Shown here: piece by piece, positions 1 to 9,863 of the stretch | Layout of the letters: each line of letters starts with the position of its first letter | Numbering within the stretch: the stretch's first letter is position 1 | Assembly: GCA_965263355.1 (NCBI GenBank) | Contig: CBDHHL010000032.1 | Location: 1,888,001-1,952,000 of the forward strand | Direction of reading: 5' to 3' | Length of the DNA stretch: 64,000 nt | From: Leptolyngbyaceae cyanobacterium | GTDB taxonomy: Bacteria; Cyanobacteriota; Cyanobacteriia; Phormidesmidales; Phormidesmidaceae | Made by a program: the position numbers and the translations under genes | Notes under the pieces: model-generated | The model's database searches: none | The model's input: the letters and a program-made list of their open reading frames with translations, nothing else | Told to the model about the DNA's origin: nothing

Positions 1-856
1 CTTGTGTTGTAGTTATCTGGGGTGGTGACGATTTAGCAGGCTTTGCAGAATTTGCAGAAATAGTTACAGGTGAAGCGGGTTTAAGATTTTGTGACCTTGC
101 TGCTGTCGTTAAATGTGTTGGCACACCTGGTAAAGACTGGGGTGACAGCTGAATTTCTTCTAAGGGTAGATCAGGTATTATCTTTAATTCTAATATTTCA
201 TTCCGGATAATGGGCAACAGAGATTTTGCCAGGTCTACAGGAGATTGCTCTAATGCTGTGGCAATATCCCAGATTGTATGCTTACCCGTTATATATTGAT
301 GGGGCACTGATAGCCATTGGGGGGCTATCGGTTTTGTTAAAGTAGGTGCCAAAGTCGGTTTAATAACTGGCAATGCTGCTTTTTGCCAGTCCCTTTGCAT
401 CTCCTTGATTTTGTGGATAATCATCTGGATTTCCCATGAAGAAAGGGCAATAGTCCGGCAGAAACGAGATATGGGTAATGGAGTTGGCTGCCATTCAGAT
501 TTTAGGTAGGTACATTGACTCAACTCAAAGAAACATTCTTGAGTAAGTGCTCGCAGCATCACCTTAGCCCGTACTAAACTAAACTGCTGATATTTAAAGC
601 CTTGATCCAGCAAATAGAGCTGCCAATGCTGGTGGCTTGATAGCTGAGCCGCTTTACTCTTTAAGTTGAACTTAGGAAAGTATTGATTAATGGCTCGGTT
701 CCAACGGCGAACACTATGTAGTTCATCCACAGCCAAAATGAGCCGCCCCTGCACAAAGTGAAGAATCCAAATTACATCGTGGTCATTCAGAGTTAAATGC
801 CCTTCAAACTGATTATTCGGTAGCTCTAACAGTTGGATCAGTTCTGTAATTTCCAT
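1..856 (-). CDS. PatA-family (PATAN/DUF4388) response regulator, 3' end outside the window
   Basis: Manual translation from ATG at 856: MEITELIQLLELPNNQFEGHLTLNDHDVIWILHFVQGRLILAVDELHSVRRWNRAI, typical of PATAN N-termini. Divergent from a che operon. Absent from the ORF track because it runs off the edge. Confidence 0.75.
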   Translation of the reverse strand, partial: MEITELIQLLELPNNQFEGHLTLNDHDVIWILHFVQGRLILAVDELHSVRRWNRAINQYFPKFNLKSKAAQLSSHQHWQLYLLDQGFKYQQFSLVRAKVMLRALTQECFFELSQCTYLKSEWQPTPLPISRFCRTIALSSWEIQMIIHKIKEMQRDWQKAALPVIKPTLAPTLTKPIAPQWLSVPHQYITGKHTIWDIATALEQSPVDLAKSLLPIIRNEILELKIIPDLPLEEIQLSPQSLPGVPTHLTTAARSQNLKPASPVTISANSAKPAKSSPPQITTTQ

Positions 857-1855
857 CTACTGTAATCGTTCAAATAATTTTCTTCAGAAGATTTTTTATT
901 TCCATAGGCACCAAACTTACCTATGGTTCCACCAGCAGCATGTATTAAATAAACCTTGTCCACGTCTATAGCGGTCGCCGCTTGTTTTGAACATAAAAAA
1001 CCCTTATTCCAAGGGAGTTTCACCATTTCAAATATAGTCAAGACAACTGAGATCCGCTATAGAACTGAAGGTTTTCCGTAGAAGAGCCCATAGGTTTCAA
1101 CTTGGACGTAGTGTATGTCAACCGAAACAGCGTTCCGGAAACCATAATTTATCTATGAAGGTGAGACTAGCACGCATGGACTAGCACAATAGGTTTGGAG
1201 AAATAGTGGTTATTTAACTCTTTAAATAAGGTAGATGACAATTAGACTGCCTCTGTTGTGCACAATCCCTGTCTTAAAAAAGACTCAGTAACAACTGAAT
1301 GGATCTACAATCAATTCAAAGTCTGCGGGATGTTATCAGGAAAGGTACTGAATTTTGTTCAAACTTGATTCAATTGATCTCCTATATGAAGACATCGTGA
1401 AACTAACACTTACTAAGCTTGAGTTTTTAAATCAAACATTGCCACTATAGAAGATACTTGGTCATTATTTTCAAGCTAATGGTCACAGGTTCTTATGTGA
1501 TTATGCTGTGTTTGGATTTTGATATCAAAGAATTTTGGCTGATTTTTTCTATTGTTTGTAACCTTTGTCCTATCTAGCACATCAAATCTACAAGGTTTAA
1601 GTAAGTAAAAAATATATTTGTAGTTATTTTGACACGGTGTATATCTATTAATATTTGTGCTCCCTATGGGGATGTCAATTACAAAATTTTAATCATGAGA
1701 CTAAACTGTATGGCTGGGACTGTTGAACTATTAAATTATCAAGGTATTCAGCTTTATCGTTAAAATCATCTATTCTTTTGCACATCTTTCTTAGCTTTAG
1801 TAACTAGTTTTTTCTGTTTATTCTTAATGAGCTTATTTCTCAAGGTTTAGCGAAT

Positions 1856-2950
1856 ATGTTTATCAAAATCTTGGATGACTTCAAAATCTTAGGTGATTTC
1901 AAAGGTCTTAAAGTTAGACACCAGTTTTTATTGTTAATTTTACTTAGCTCGACGATTCCTGCCTCAATTGTTGGGTTTTTAGGGACGATTTCTGCTAGTA
2001 AATCTTTGGCAAATAATACAACAGAGTTAGCATCGGTGAATGCATTTAAACGATCAGCAGCCTTATCGATGATTGCTTCTCTTGGTATTGTGCTTCCCAT
2101 CACCATTCTGCGTGGACGGCAGTTAATTAGAATGCTGGAGATACTAGCGGCTGATATTTCCATCTCTAGTCAGCAAATGACTTCCACAGTAGTTGAGCAG
2201 GAACGTATTGCCAGTCAGCAGGCGGCATCGGTGAATGAAACCACCACCACTATGGATGAGTTAGAAGCCTCATCTCGTCATGCCGCAGGACAAGCCAATG
2301 CAGCGGTGGATGCGGCAAAACATGCCTTTACAGCCTCTGAAGAGGGGGCCAAAGCCGTGGGTGAAACCTTGGAAGGGATGTTTGCCCTGGAAGAGAAGGT
2401 GGATGCGATCGCAGAAAAAATCGTCAACCTTAGCGCCCAGGCCAATCAAATTAGTAATGTATCGCAGCTGGTCATTGACTTTGCCAACCAGACCAATATG
2501 CTAGCCCTCAACTCTTCGGTTGAAGCCGTTCGAGCTGGCGAGCATGGTAAAGGCTTTGCCCTGGTTGCCAACGAGATTCGTAAATTAGCTGACCAAAGTC
2601 AACAGTCAGCTGACAAAATCAATAACTTGGTTTCTAGCATCCAAAAGTCTATCAACGAAACCGTTATGGTAGCGGAAGAAGGGACAAAAACAGTAAAAAC
2701 TGGGGTGCAAATCGCCAAGCAAACAGAAACCACCTTTAACGAAATCCAAGATTCAGTCAGTCAGGTAGTGCTGAACAACCAGCAAGTGTCACTCAACTTA
2801 AAACAGCAAGTAGATGCCATTCAACAGGTTGTCGATGCGATGGAAAATATCAATCGAGGCACTAGAGAAACAGCTTCCGGCTTGAGTCAGACAAAAGAAG
2901 GGTCAGAAAGACTCAATGAAGCCGCGCTTGGTCTTAAGAAAGTTGTGTAG
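1856..2950 (+). CDS. Methyl-accepting chemotaxis protein
   Basis: MCP hairpin-tip motif [34 protein letters not shown]; two N-terminal hydrophobic helices. Confidence 0.95.
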   Translation: MFIKILDDFKILGDFKGLKVRHQFLLLILLSSTIPASIVGFLGTISASKSLANNTTELASVNAFKRSAALSMIASLGIVLPITILRGRQLIRMLEILAADISISSQQMTSTVVEQERIASQQAASVNETTTTMDELEASSRHAAGQANAAVDAAKHAFTASEEGAKAVGETLEGMFALEEKVDAIAEKIVNLSAQANQISNVSQLVIDFANQTNMLALNSSVEAVRAGEHGKGFALVANEIRKLADQSQQSADKINNLVSSIQKSINETVMVAEEGTKTVKTGVQIAKQTETTFNEIQDSVSQVVLNNQQVSLNLKQQVDAIQQVVDAMENINRGTRETASGLSQTKEGSERLNEAALGLKKVV

Positions 2951-2984
2951 TCCGATCGTAATTTTACCTTGATGCCTCCAACCC

Positions 2985-5900
2985 ATGATGATTCAAGATG
3001 AAGAACTTCGTCTTCTCTACCAAGAAACCAATACAGTCCGGTTACAAAAGATACAGATGGGCTTGCTCCAGCTGGAGCAAGAGCCCAACAATCAGACAAC
3101 CATTGAAGATGTTCGGCAAGAACTCCATGGACTCAAAGGTGATTCTAGCTGTCTTGGGTTAGACGCCATTGCCACAATTGCCCAAGAACTGGAAACTGTT
3201 GTTAAAACACTGCAGCTACAGCAGCTTAAGTTTACCCTGGAGGTAAGCGATTGCCTATATCAGGGTATCTATATGATTGAGCAATTGGCTAGCGAAAGCT
3301 TAACTGGTGAACTCAGTGGTCTTGATTATGAGCAGTCTCTGACTGCGCTAACAACGACAATTGCCTCCGTCATGGCTGCAGTTCAGTCGGAAGATGCCGC
3401 TATTCAACTGAGGTCTATTTACATCGAAGACGATGAACTGCGGGAAATATATCGCATTACCAGTTCAAGGCGATTATATACCTTAGAAACTAGCCTGAGT
3501 AAGCTAGAAAATGAAATTACCAATGCTGAAGTATTGGAAGTTCTGAGACGGGAGACCCATAGCCTCAAGGGCGACTCCAGGGTTGTTGGGCTAGAGTCTA
3601 TTGGCGACTTAATCCAGCTGTTAGAAAATGTTGTCAAAGCGATCCAACGTCAATCGATGTCATTTACGACTGACGTTAATGACTATCTGCAAGATGGATT
3701 CCAAACCATTGGCCAGCTTGTACATGCAGCAACGTCGGGAGACCCTATCAGCATTGATATCGACCAGACATTAGTAAAATTTACAGCCGCCACACCAGCT
3801 TTAGTCTCATTCCCAACAGCCTTGGATGACGAAACGATTGACCCAGGTGAGACGACTGTAGCAACCGTTGATCCGGTTAACGGTATCACCCGGATTTCTG
3901 ACGTTACGTTCAATGGGACTGATGGTAGGGCTGATGGGCATGGGGGCAATGTACCTGAAATAGCTGGTTTAATTGCTGATCATGAACTGCGGGAAATTTA
4001 TCAGATAACCAGTGTAGAACGGCTGGAGCGATTAGAGAATAATTTGCTGTATCTGGAAAAGCACCCCAATGATAATGGAGCCTTATCAACCCTACTGCGA
4101 GAAGCCCATAGTCTAAAAGGAGATGCCAGAAGTGCAGGCGTAGAGTCTGTCGAAACCTTGGCCCATGCCATGGAAGATATACTCAGTCAAATTCAGCGAC
4201 AGACACTGCCCCTTGATTCGGTAGTCAGCGATCGACTTTATGAAGGATTAGACGCGATTGGGGCCTATGTTCAGGAAGCCGTTACAGGTTTACCGGTTAA
4301 TCTAGATATCGATCAGCTGCTACAGGGATTACGAGACACCTTAACATCCGACGCCCTGCAGGAGGAGGACTCTCAATCGGCCCCTGCCGATTCATTGGCT
4401 GTTGTCGAAAACCAACCAGAGGCAGGTACTCAAGTTGAAACTGTGCGGGTGCATACCCGTGACCTAGATGCACTGATAAATCAAACTGAAGAGCTAGCGG
4501 TTACCCGGATTCAAATTGCTCAGGTGGCGTCTCAGAGTGAACAATTAATAACGTTGTGGGAAGAATGGCAGGCGAATAAAGACCAGCAGCAGGTGGCATC
4601 AATACCATCCTATGAAGAACGTTTGGAAGAGCTGATCTTAAGCCTCGGCCTAGCCGTCCAAAACAACAGTTCACGGTTGGAGAGCATTTCCGAAACGCTG
4701 AGAGATCGCATACGGCAGTTGCAACTATTGCCAATGTCCACACTATTTCAACCCCTGCGGCGGATAGTGCGCGATTTGGCCAAGGCACAATCTAAGGACA
4801 TCAACCTGGTGTTTGAGGGCGAAAACACCATGGCTGACAAACGTCTGTTGGATGGGATCAAGGATGCCATGTTGCACCTGGTGCGCAATGCCATTGACCA
4901 CGGTATTGAAACACCCGCAGAACGGGAAGCTATGGATAAACCGGCAGAGGCTAACCTATGTATAAAAACATATCAAACCGCCATTAGTCTCACCATTGAA
5001 ATTACAGATGATGGCAGGGGATTGGACCCTGAAAAAATCAAACAAACTGCCATTAAACGTAAACTCCATACCCAGGAAGAACTTGAGGCTATGCCCATTA
5101 GCCAGATTCAACGGTTGATTTTAACCCCTGGGTTTTCCACCCGCAGCTTTATTACTGAAATCTCTGGTAGGGGTGTGGGGTTGGATGTTGTTCGTAGTCA
5201 GGTAGAAAACCTAAAAGGGGCGATTCAAATTGAATCTACCCAGGGGCAGGGCTGTACATTCCGACTACAGCTTAGTACTGCCTTGAGTACGGCCAATGTG
5301 GTACTGGCAGAAACCGAGGGTATGACCTTTGCAATTCCAATCGAATTCTTAGAAACAACACTGCTTGTTTCTCCGGAACAGATTGTCGATCAGGAGGGCC
5401 AGGACACCATTGTTGCTTCAGGTAATCAAAGGATTCCTATTGTTGAGCTAACCAGTACTTTAGAGATTTCTAACTCACCGATTTACGATTGGGTTGCCCA
5501 ACCCAGCACCTATAGCGGCAGTGCTCGCCCTTGCCTCGTTTTGAAGGTGGGGAATGACCAAGCTGGATTTTTAGTGGATCGGTTACTCAATAATCAGGAA
5601 GTTGTTGTTAAACCCTTAGGCTCCCTACTAAAGCGGGTACGCAATGTAAGTAGTACTACCATCTTGAGCACCGGGGATGTGTGTATGATTCTCAATCCCC
5701 CGGATTTGCTTAAGTCCTTACAACAGCTGCCTATATCTGACCCATCAGCAAAACCGAAGGTAGCTTTACGCCATAAACCGATCATTTTGTTAGTTGAAGA
5801 TTCACCGCCGGTACGTATTCAGGAAAAGCGACTCTTTGAAAGCGCTGGTTACACCGTTGTTACTGCCACCGATGGTTTGGAAGGCTACAACATGCTCCAG

Positions 5901-6137
5901 ATGGGTGGATTTGATGCGGTGGTATCCGATGTTGAAATGCCTCATTTAGACGGCTTTTCCCTGGCCACCAAAATACGCCAGCAACAGGAGTATGAGGATC
6001 TGCCAATCATTTTGGTAACCACCTTGGATTCTGAAGCCGACCGCCAACGGGGGGCTAACGCTGGGGCCAATGCTTATATTCTTAAAGGTCGATTTAACCA
6101 GGATGCACTTTTAGAAACGTTAGAACGATTAATTTGA
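2985..6137 (+). CDS. cheA: Hybrid CheA histidine kinase (3 Hpt, HATPase, CheW, REC)
   Basis: Hpt motifs LHGLKG, THSLKG, AHSLKG; HLVRNAIDHGIE; ISGRGVGLDVV; C-terminal receiver (LLVEDS...SDVEMP). Confidence 0.95.
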   Translation: MMIQDEELRLLYQETNTVRLQKIQMGLLQLEQEPNNQTTIEDVRQELHGLKGDSSCLGLDAIATIAQELETVVKTLQLQQLKFTLEVSDCLYQGIYMIEQLASESLTGELSGLDYEQSLTALTTTIASVMAAVQSEDAAIQLRSIYIEDDELREIYRITSSRRLYTLETSLSKLENEITNAEVLEVLRRETHSLKGDSRVVGLESIGDLIQLLENVVKAIQRQSMSFTTDVNDYLQDGFQTIGQLVHAATSGDPISIDIDQTLVKFTAATPALVSFPTALDDETIDPGETTVATVDPVNGITRISDVTFNGTDGRADGHGGNVPEIAGLIADHELREIYQITSVERLERLENNLLYLEKHPNDNGALSTLLREAHSLKGDARSAGVESVETLAHAMEDILSQIQRQTLPLDSVVSDRLYEGLDAIGAYVQEAVTGLPVNLDIDQLLQGLRDTLTSDALQEEDSQSAPADSLAVVENQPEAGTQVETVRVHTRDLDALINQTEELAVTRIQIAQVASQSEQLITLWEEWQANKDQQQVASIPSYEERLEELILSLGLAVQNNSSRLESISETLRDRIRQLQLLPMSTLFQPLRRIVRDLAKAQSKDINLVFEGENTMADKRLLDGIKDAMLHLVRNAIDHGIETPAEREAMDKPAEANLCIKTYQTAISLTIEITDDGRGLDPEKIKQTAIKRKLHTQEELEAMPISQIQRLILTPGFSTRSFITEISGRGVGLDVVRSQVENLKGAIQIESTQGQGCTFRLQLSTALSTANVVLAETEGMTFAIPIEFLETTLLVSPEQIVDQEGQDTIVASGNQRIPIVELTSTLEISNSPIYDWVAQPSTYSGSARPCLVLKVGNDQAGFLVDRLLNNQEVVVKPLGSLLKRVRNVSSTTILSTGDVCMILNPPDLLKSLQQLPISDPSAKPKVALRHKPIILLVEDSPPVRIQEKRLFESAGYTVVTATDGLEGYNMLQMGGFDAVVSDVEMPHLDGFSLATKIRQQQEYEDLPIILVTTLDSEADRQRGANAGANAYILKGRFNQDALLETLERLI

Positions 6138-6163
6138 TTTTATTCAGCAAAAGATAACTGCGC

Positions 6164-7219
6164 ATGTCTATCCGTGTCCTATTGGTTGAAGATTCACCCA
6201 TTGCCATGATGATCTTGAAACGGATTTTAACCTCAGCCCCTGAGATTGAAATCGTAGGAACGGCACGTACTGGTCAGGAAGGACTTGATCTTATCCCCAG
6301 GATTCAACCTGATGTAATTTGTACGGACTTTTTCATGCCCCAGATGAATGGTCTGGAATTTACAGTCCATGTCATGGTTGATTATCCTTTACCCATATTG
6401 GTGGTCAGTGCCTCAGTTCAAGAGGATGATCCCTTACGAGTTTTTCAGCTGCTAGACGCTGGGGCTTTAGATATATTACCAAAGCCTAAAACGGGGTTAG
6501 ATCCTGACAATGTGTTACTTCAGCAAACGCTGATCAACAAAGTTAAGGTTCTATCTGGAGTTAAGGTTTTCAGAAAAAGGCGATCGCACCTAAAACATCT
6601 CCAACAGCCTGCCCCCTCCCAACTAAAACAACCTATCCTTAACCTGTGCAATCTCAAGATTATGGCTGTCGGCGCTTCAACTGGTGGGCCATTGGCCCTA
6701 CAACAATTATTTATGGGGCTACCCAAACCCTTCCCATTACCGATTGTCTGTGTTCAGCATATTAGCCAAGGATTTCTGCAAGGGCTGATTGACTGGTTAT
6801 CAACCACTTGTGGGGTTGATATTGAAATTGCTCAAGCAGGCGAACGACCACAGCCAGGTAAAATCTATTTTCCACCGGAGCGTCAACATCTCACCATTAA
6901 TAAACGGGGTCAATTTGTTCATACCCAGGCCCGACCCAACGATACCCACTGTCCTTCTGTAGACACATTATTTTTATCGGTTGCTAATTTTTATGGCCGT
7001 AAGTCCATTGGTATTTTGCTCTCGGGCATGGGTCGTGATGGAGCCGATGGGCTAAAAGCAATGGTTGATGCTGGCGGATCAACCATTGCCCAGGATGAAG
7101 AAACCTCAGTGGTATTTGGCATGCCAAAGGCCGCTATTGAACTTGGTGCAGCTAATCAAGTGTTACCCATGGCTGCGATCGCACCTGCCATTATCAAGCT
7201 AGTCAGCCATGTCAATTAA
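6164..7219 (+). CDS. cheB: Chemotaxis methylesterase CheB (REC + esterase)
   Basis: N-terminal REC domain; GASTGGP, VQHI and GMGRDGA catalytic motifs. Confidence 0.95.
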   Translation: MSIRVLLVEDSPIAMMILKRILTSAPEIEIVGTARTGQEGLDLIPRIQPDVICTDFFMPQMNGLEFTVHVMVDYPLPILVVSASVQEDDPLRVFQLLDAGALDILPKPKTGLDPDNVLLQQTLINKVKVLSGVKVFRKRRSHLKHLQQPAPSQLKQPILNLCNLKIMAVGASTGGPLALQQLFMGLPKPFPLPIVCVQHISQGFLQGLIDWLSTTCGVDIEIAQAGERPQPGKIYFPPERQHLTINKRGQFVHTQARPNDTHCPSVDTLFLSVANFYGRKSIGILLSGMGRDGADGLKAMVDAGGSTIAQDEETSVVFGMPKAAIELGAANQVLPMAAIAPAIIKLVSHVN

Positions 7220-7257
7220 CCAAATCACACCCTGATTGAACCTACAATAAAACAAAC

Positions 7258-8358
7258 GTGTCATCAATAAAGCCCCTTAGCCCACGCATAAAACAGGCGT
7301 TTACTCAGTTAATCGCCGAACGAATTGGTGTCACTCTCAGAAAAAATGATTATGCGAGTTTTCAAGATTTTATCTTAAACAGAATTAAAGCTTTAAAATT
7401 AAATTTACCCGAAGAATATTATCTGTTGCTCCATGCCAATACCTGTCAAAGTCATCAAGAATGGGAGCTACTTGTTTCAGACGTTACTAATACTGAGAGC
7501 TTCTTTTTTCGAGATAAGGGACAGTTCAAACTACTCAAAGATTACATTTTTCCAAGTATAATCGCTCACAAATCCCATCAGAAAAAACTTCAGATTTGTA
7601 GTGCTGGATGTTCAACGGGGGAGGAACCCTATTCCATTGCTATCTTGCTTAAAGATATTATTCCAGATCTCCAGGATTGGGCTATAAAAATTGTCGGAGT
7701 TGATGTTAATGCAGCTGCGATTCAGGTGGCTCAACAGGGTACTTATCGCAACTGGTCTTTTAGGGGAATAGACAAAGCCCTGCAACAACGTTTTTTCAAA
7801 GAAGACAACAATTATTATCATATTAATGCTGATATTAAAGCGATGGTCGACTTCCAGATCGGAAATTTGCTAGACGACTCATTGTTAGCTCCATTTGCCA
7901 AGCTTAAAGATATGGATTTGATCCTATGTCGAAATGTCTTTATTTATTTTAATAACTCAGCCATTGAAAAAGCCGTACATAAAATCTATGATGCCCTTTG
8001 TCCATCAGGATACTTGCTCGTTGGTCATACAGAGCTTTATGGCCAAAACTCAAACAAATTTCACATCAAAATGTTTGAAGAGTCCATTGCATACCAGCGA
8101 CCTGAAAGTGATTCAGTTCAACCTATATCTGAATTTTTGTCGATGCAGATGCCTTCTGCCTCACCTCACTTTATTGAAGCCAAATCCGATCAACAGGATT
8201 TGGGGGAATTGTTCAAAGGAAATGACATCAAAATGCATAAAACAGCCCTTAATTTGTTACGACAACTCCCCAGTGGCAGCAGAATACCTAAGCTCGGTAA
8301 TCGCACGGCTTCAGAGTTAATTGCACAGCTTGAAAAGAATCTTGAAGATACTGATTAG
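7258..8358 (+). CDS. cheR: Chemotaxis methyltransferase CheR
   Basis: ESFFFRD, SAGCSTGEEPYS, DLILCRNVFIYF, GYLLVGHTE. Confidence 0.95.
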   Translation: MSSIKPLSPRIKQAFTQLIAERIGVTLRKNDYASFQDFILNRIKALKLNLPEEYYLLLHANTCQSHQEWELLVSDVTNTESFFFRDKGQFKLLKDYIFPSIIAHKSHQKKLQICSAGCSTGEEPYSIAILLKDIIPDLQDWAIKIVGVDVNAAAIQVAQQGTYRNWSFRGIDKALQQRFFKEDNNYYHINADIKAMVDFQIGNLLDDSLLAPFAKLKDMDLILCRNVFIYFNNSAIEKAVHKIYDALCPSGYLLVGHTELYGQNSNKFHIKMFEESIAYQRPESDSVQPISEFLSMQMPSASPHFIEAKSDQQDLGELFKGNDIKMHKTALNLLRQLPSGSRIPKLGNRTASELIAQLEKNLEDTD

Positions 8359-8381
8359 AGGAAACTGTTTAGAGAAACATT

Positions 8382-9458
8382 ATGGAAATGTCCTATTGCC
8401 TGTTTGAAATCGACCAACATTTTAGTGCTATAAAAACAGACTATCTTGAAGAAGTACTTGCACTGCCGGAGCTTATTCTGGTTCCCAATGCTCCATCCGG
8501 TATTATTGGTGTGATCGACCTGCGAGGAGAGGTTCTTCCTGTGGTTGATTTACGCCTTTGTCATGAAGAGCAATCTCAGCAGTATCGACTGAGCGATAGT
8601 ATCGTCATCTTAAAACAGGCTGATCTAAGCATTGGCATTGTTGTTACTAACATTCAAGATATTAAAGAACTTTCAACCCAGGGAATGATCACTGAATTCT
8701 CTGATTATCAAGGATGGATGAATCCCGATATCATCAGTTTTTTTGATGGCATAATCCTGAGTGAATCGATGATTTTTATGTTGGGTGAGCCCCAATCTTG
8801 GTTTAATCCTGGTGAACTACAGCAGATAATATCGGTTACACGATTTCTTGTGGATGACTTTTCTAAGGCGCGTTCAGAGCAGCCTGACATCCAGATATCT
8901 GCAACCAACGCTACGGCATTTTTTGTCCCTAATGCGACCAGCCAAGAGCAACTTATTTTTCGTCAACGGGCTAACGACCTTAGACAACCAATTGATGACG
9001 GAACTACTCTGGACTCAAGGGTTCTGATTGTGCTTGTCTTAGATGATAAACTGCTGGGGATTGATGCCAACTGTGTCCGCGAATTTATTACCATTAAACA
9101 GGCAACGCCTGTACCTTGCTGTCCCAGACACATTCTCGGGAGTACTAATTTGCGCGGAGAAGTTTTAACTGTGATTGATATTTCTGAGCCCATGGGTTTT
9201 CCTGTCAAAGCATTGCCTAGAAACCCTAAGGCTGTTGTCGTGGAACTTGATAATACCCTTGTCGCCGTAATTATAGAAGAGGTCCGTGATGCCCTGTTCG
9301 AGGTTAACTCAAACAATATTCAAATGGATGTGACATTCCCAACGCGCCATAACTATGTGCAAGGAACGGTTCCCTATGGAGAACAAATGATGCAAATCTT
9401 GGATCTGCCCAAACTATTGCACAGTGATGAGTTAATTGTTAATAACGAGTTTCACTAA
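8382..9458 (+). CDS. cheW: Tandem CheW-CheW adaptor
   Basis: Two CheW motifs: GVIDLRGEVLPVVDL and GSTNLRGEVLTVIDI. Confidence 0.9.
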   Translation: MEMSYCLFEIDQHFSAIKTDYLEEVLALPELILVPNAPSGIIGVIDLRGEVLPVVDLRLCHEEQSQQYRLSDSIVILKQADLSIGIVVTNIQDIKELSTQGMITEFSDYQGWMNPDIISFFDGIILSESMIFMLGEPQSWFNPGELQQIISVTRFLVDDFSKARSEQPDIQISATNATAFFVPNATSQEQLIFRQRANDLRQPIDDGTTLDSRVLIVLVLDDKLLGIDANCVREFITIKQATPVPCCPRHILGSTNLRGEVLTVIDISEPMGFPVKALPRNPKAVVVELDNTLVAVIIEEVRDALFEVNSNNIQMDVTFPTRHNYVQGTVPYGEQMMQILDLPKLLHSDELIVNNEFH

Positions 9459-9504
9459 GAACTGATATACCATTTAGGCTAGGTAGCCCCAAACAACCTG
9501 ATCA

Positions 9505-9645
9505 TCAAACGAGAACACGGATGCCAAGAAATCGATCACCTTCCCCGTATTCTCCTTTGCCTGTTTTGAAGAATCGTTGTGAGTATTCTGCAATGGTAGA
9601 ATCGGCCAGAAGTTGGAGAGTTTGACTGATTTCTTTTGCGTTCAT
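9505..9645 (-). pseudogene. N-terminal fragment of a DNA alkylation repair (AlkD-like) protein
   Basis: Manual translation [46 protein letters not shown]. The [20 protein letters not shown] motif is characteristic; it stops after 46 aa. Confidence 0.75.
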
Positions 9646-9863
9646 AATCTGCCGCGCCTACTATTAAGATTTTCCATCGTGAATAAACTCTTCAAATTCG
9701 AGGTTTCTTAAGAACGGATGGTACATTATCAAAGTTGAACATCAATACCGTTCCCGCTTTTTAGTGGAGGGCGTTTACGTTCCTTGCAGATCTAAAGTTT
9801 AGCCCAATACCAGTAATGGCAAGGGCATTCTTGGACTATCAAGGTCGTTTTTCAGGGTGGCTG

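Noticed and set aside
838..1041. 67-aa minus-strand ORF
   Set aside because: It overlaps the start of the PatA-like gene in another frame and has no recognisable motif.
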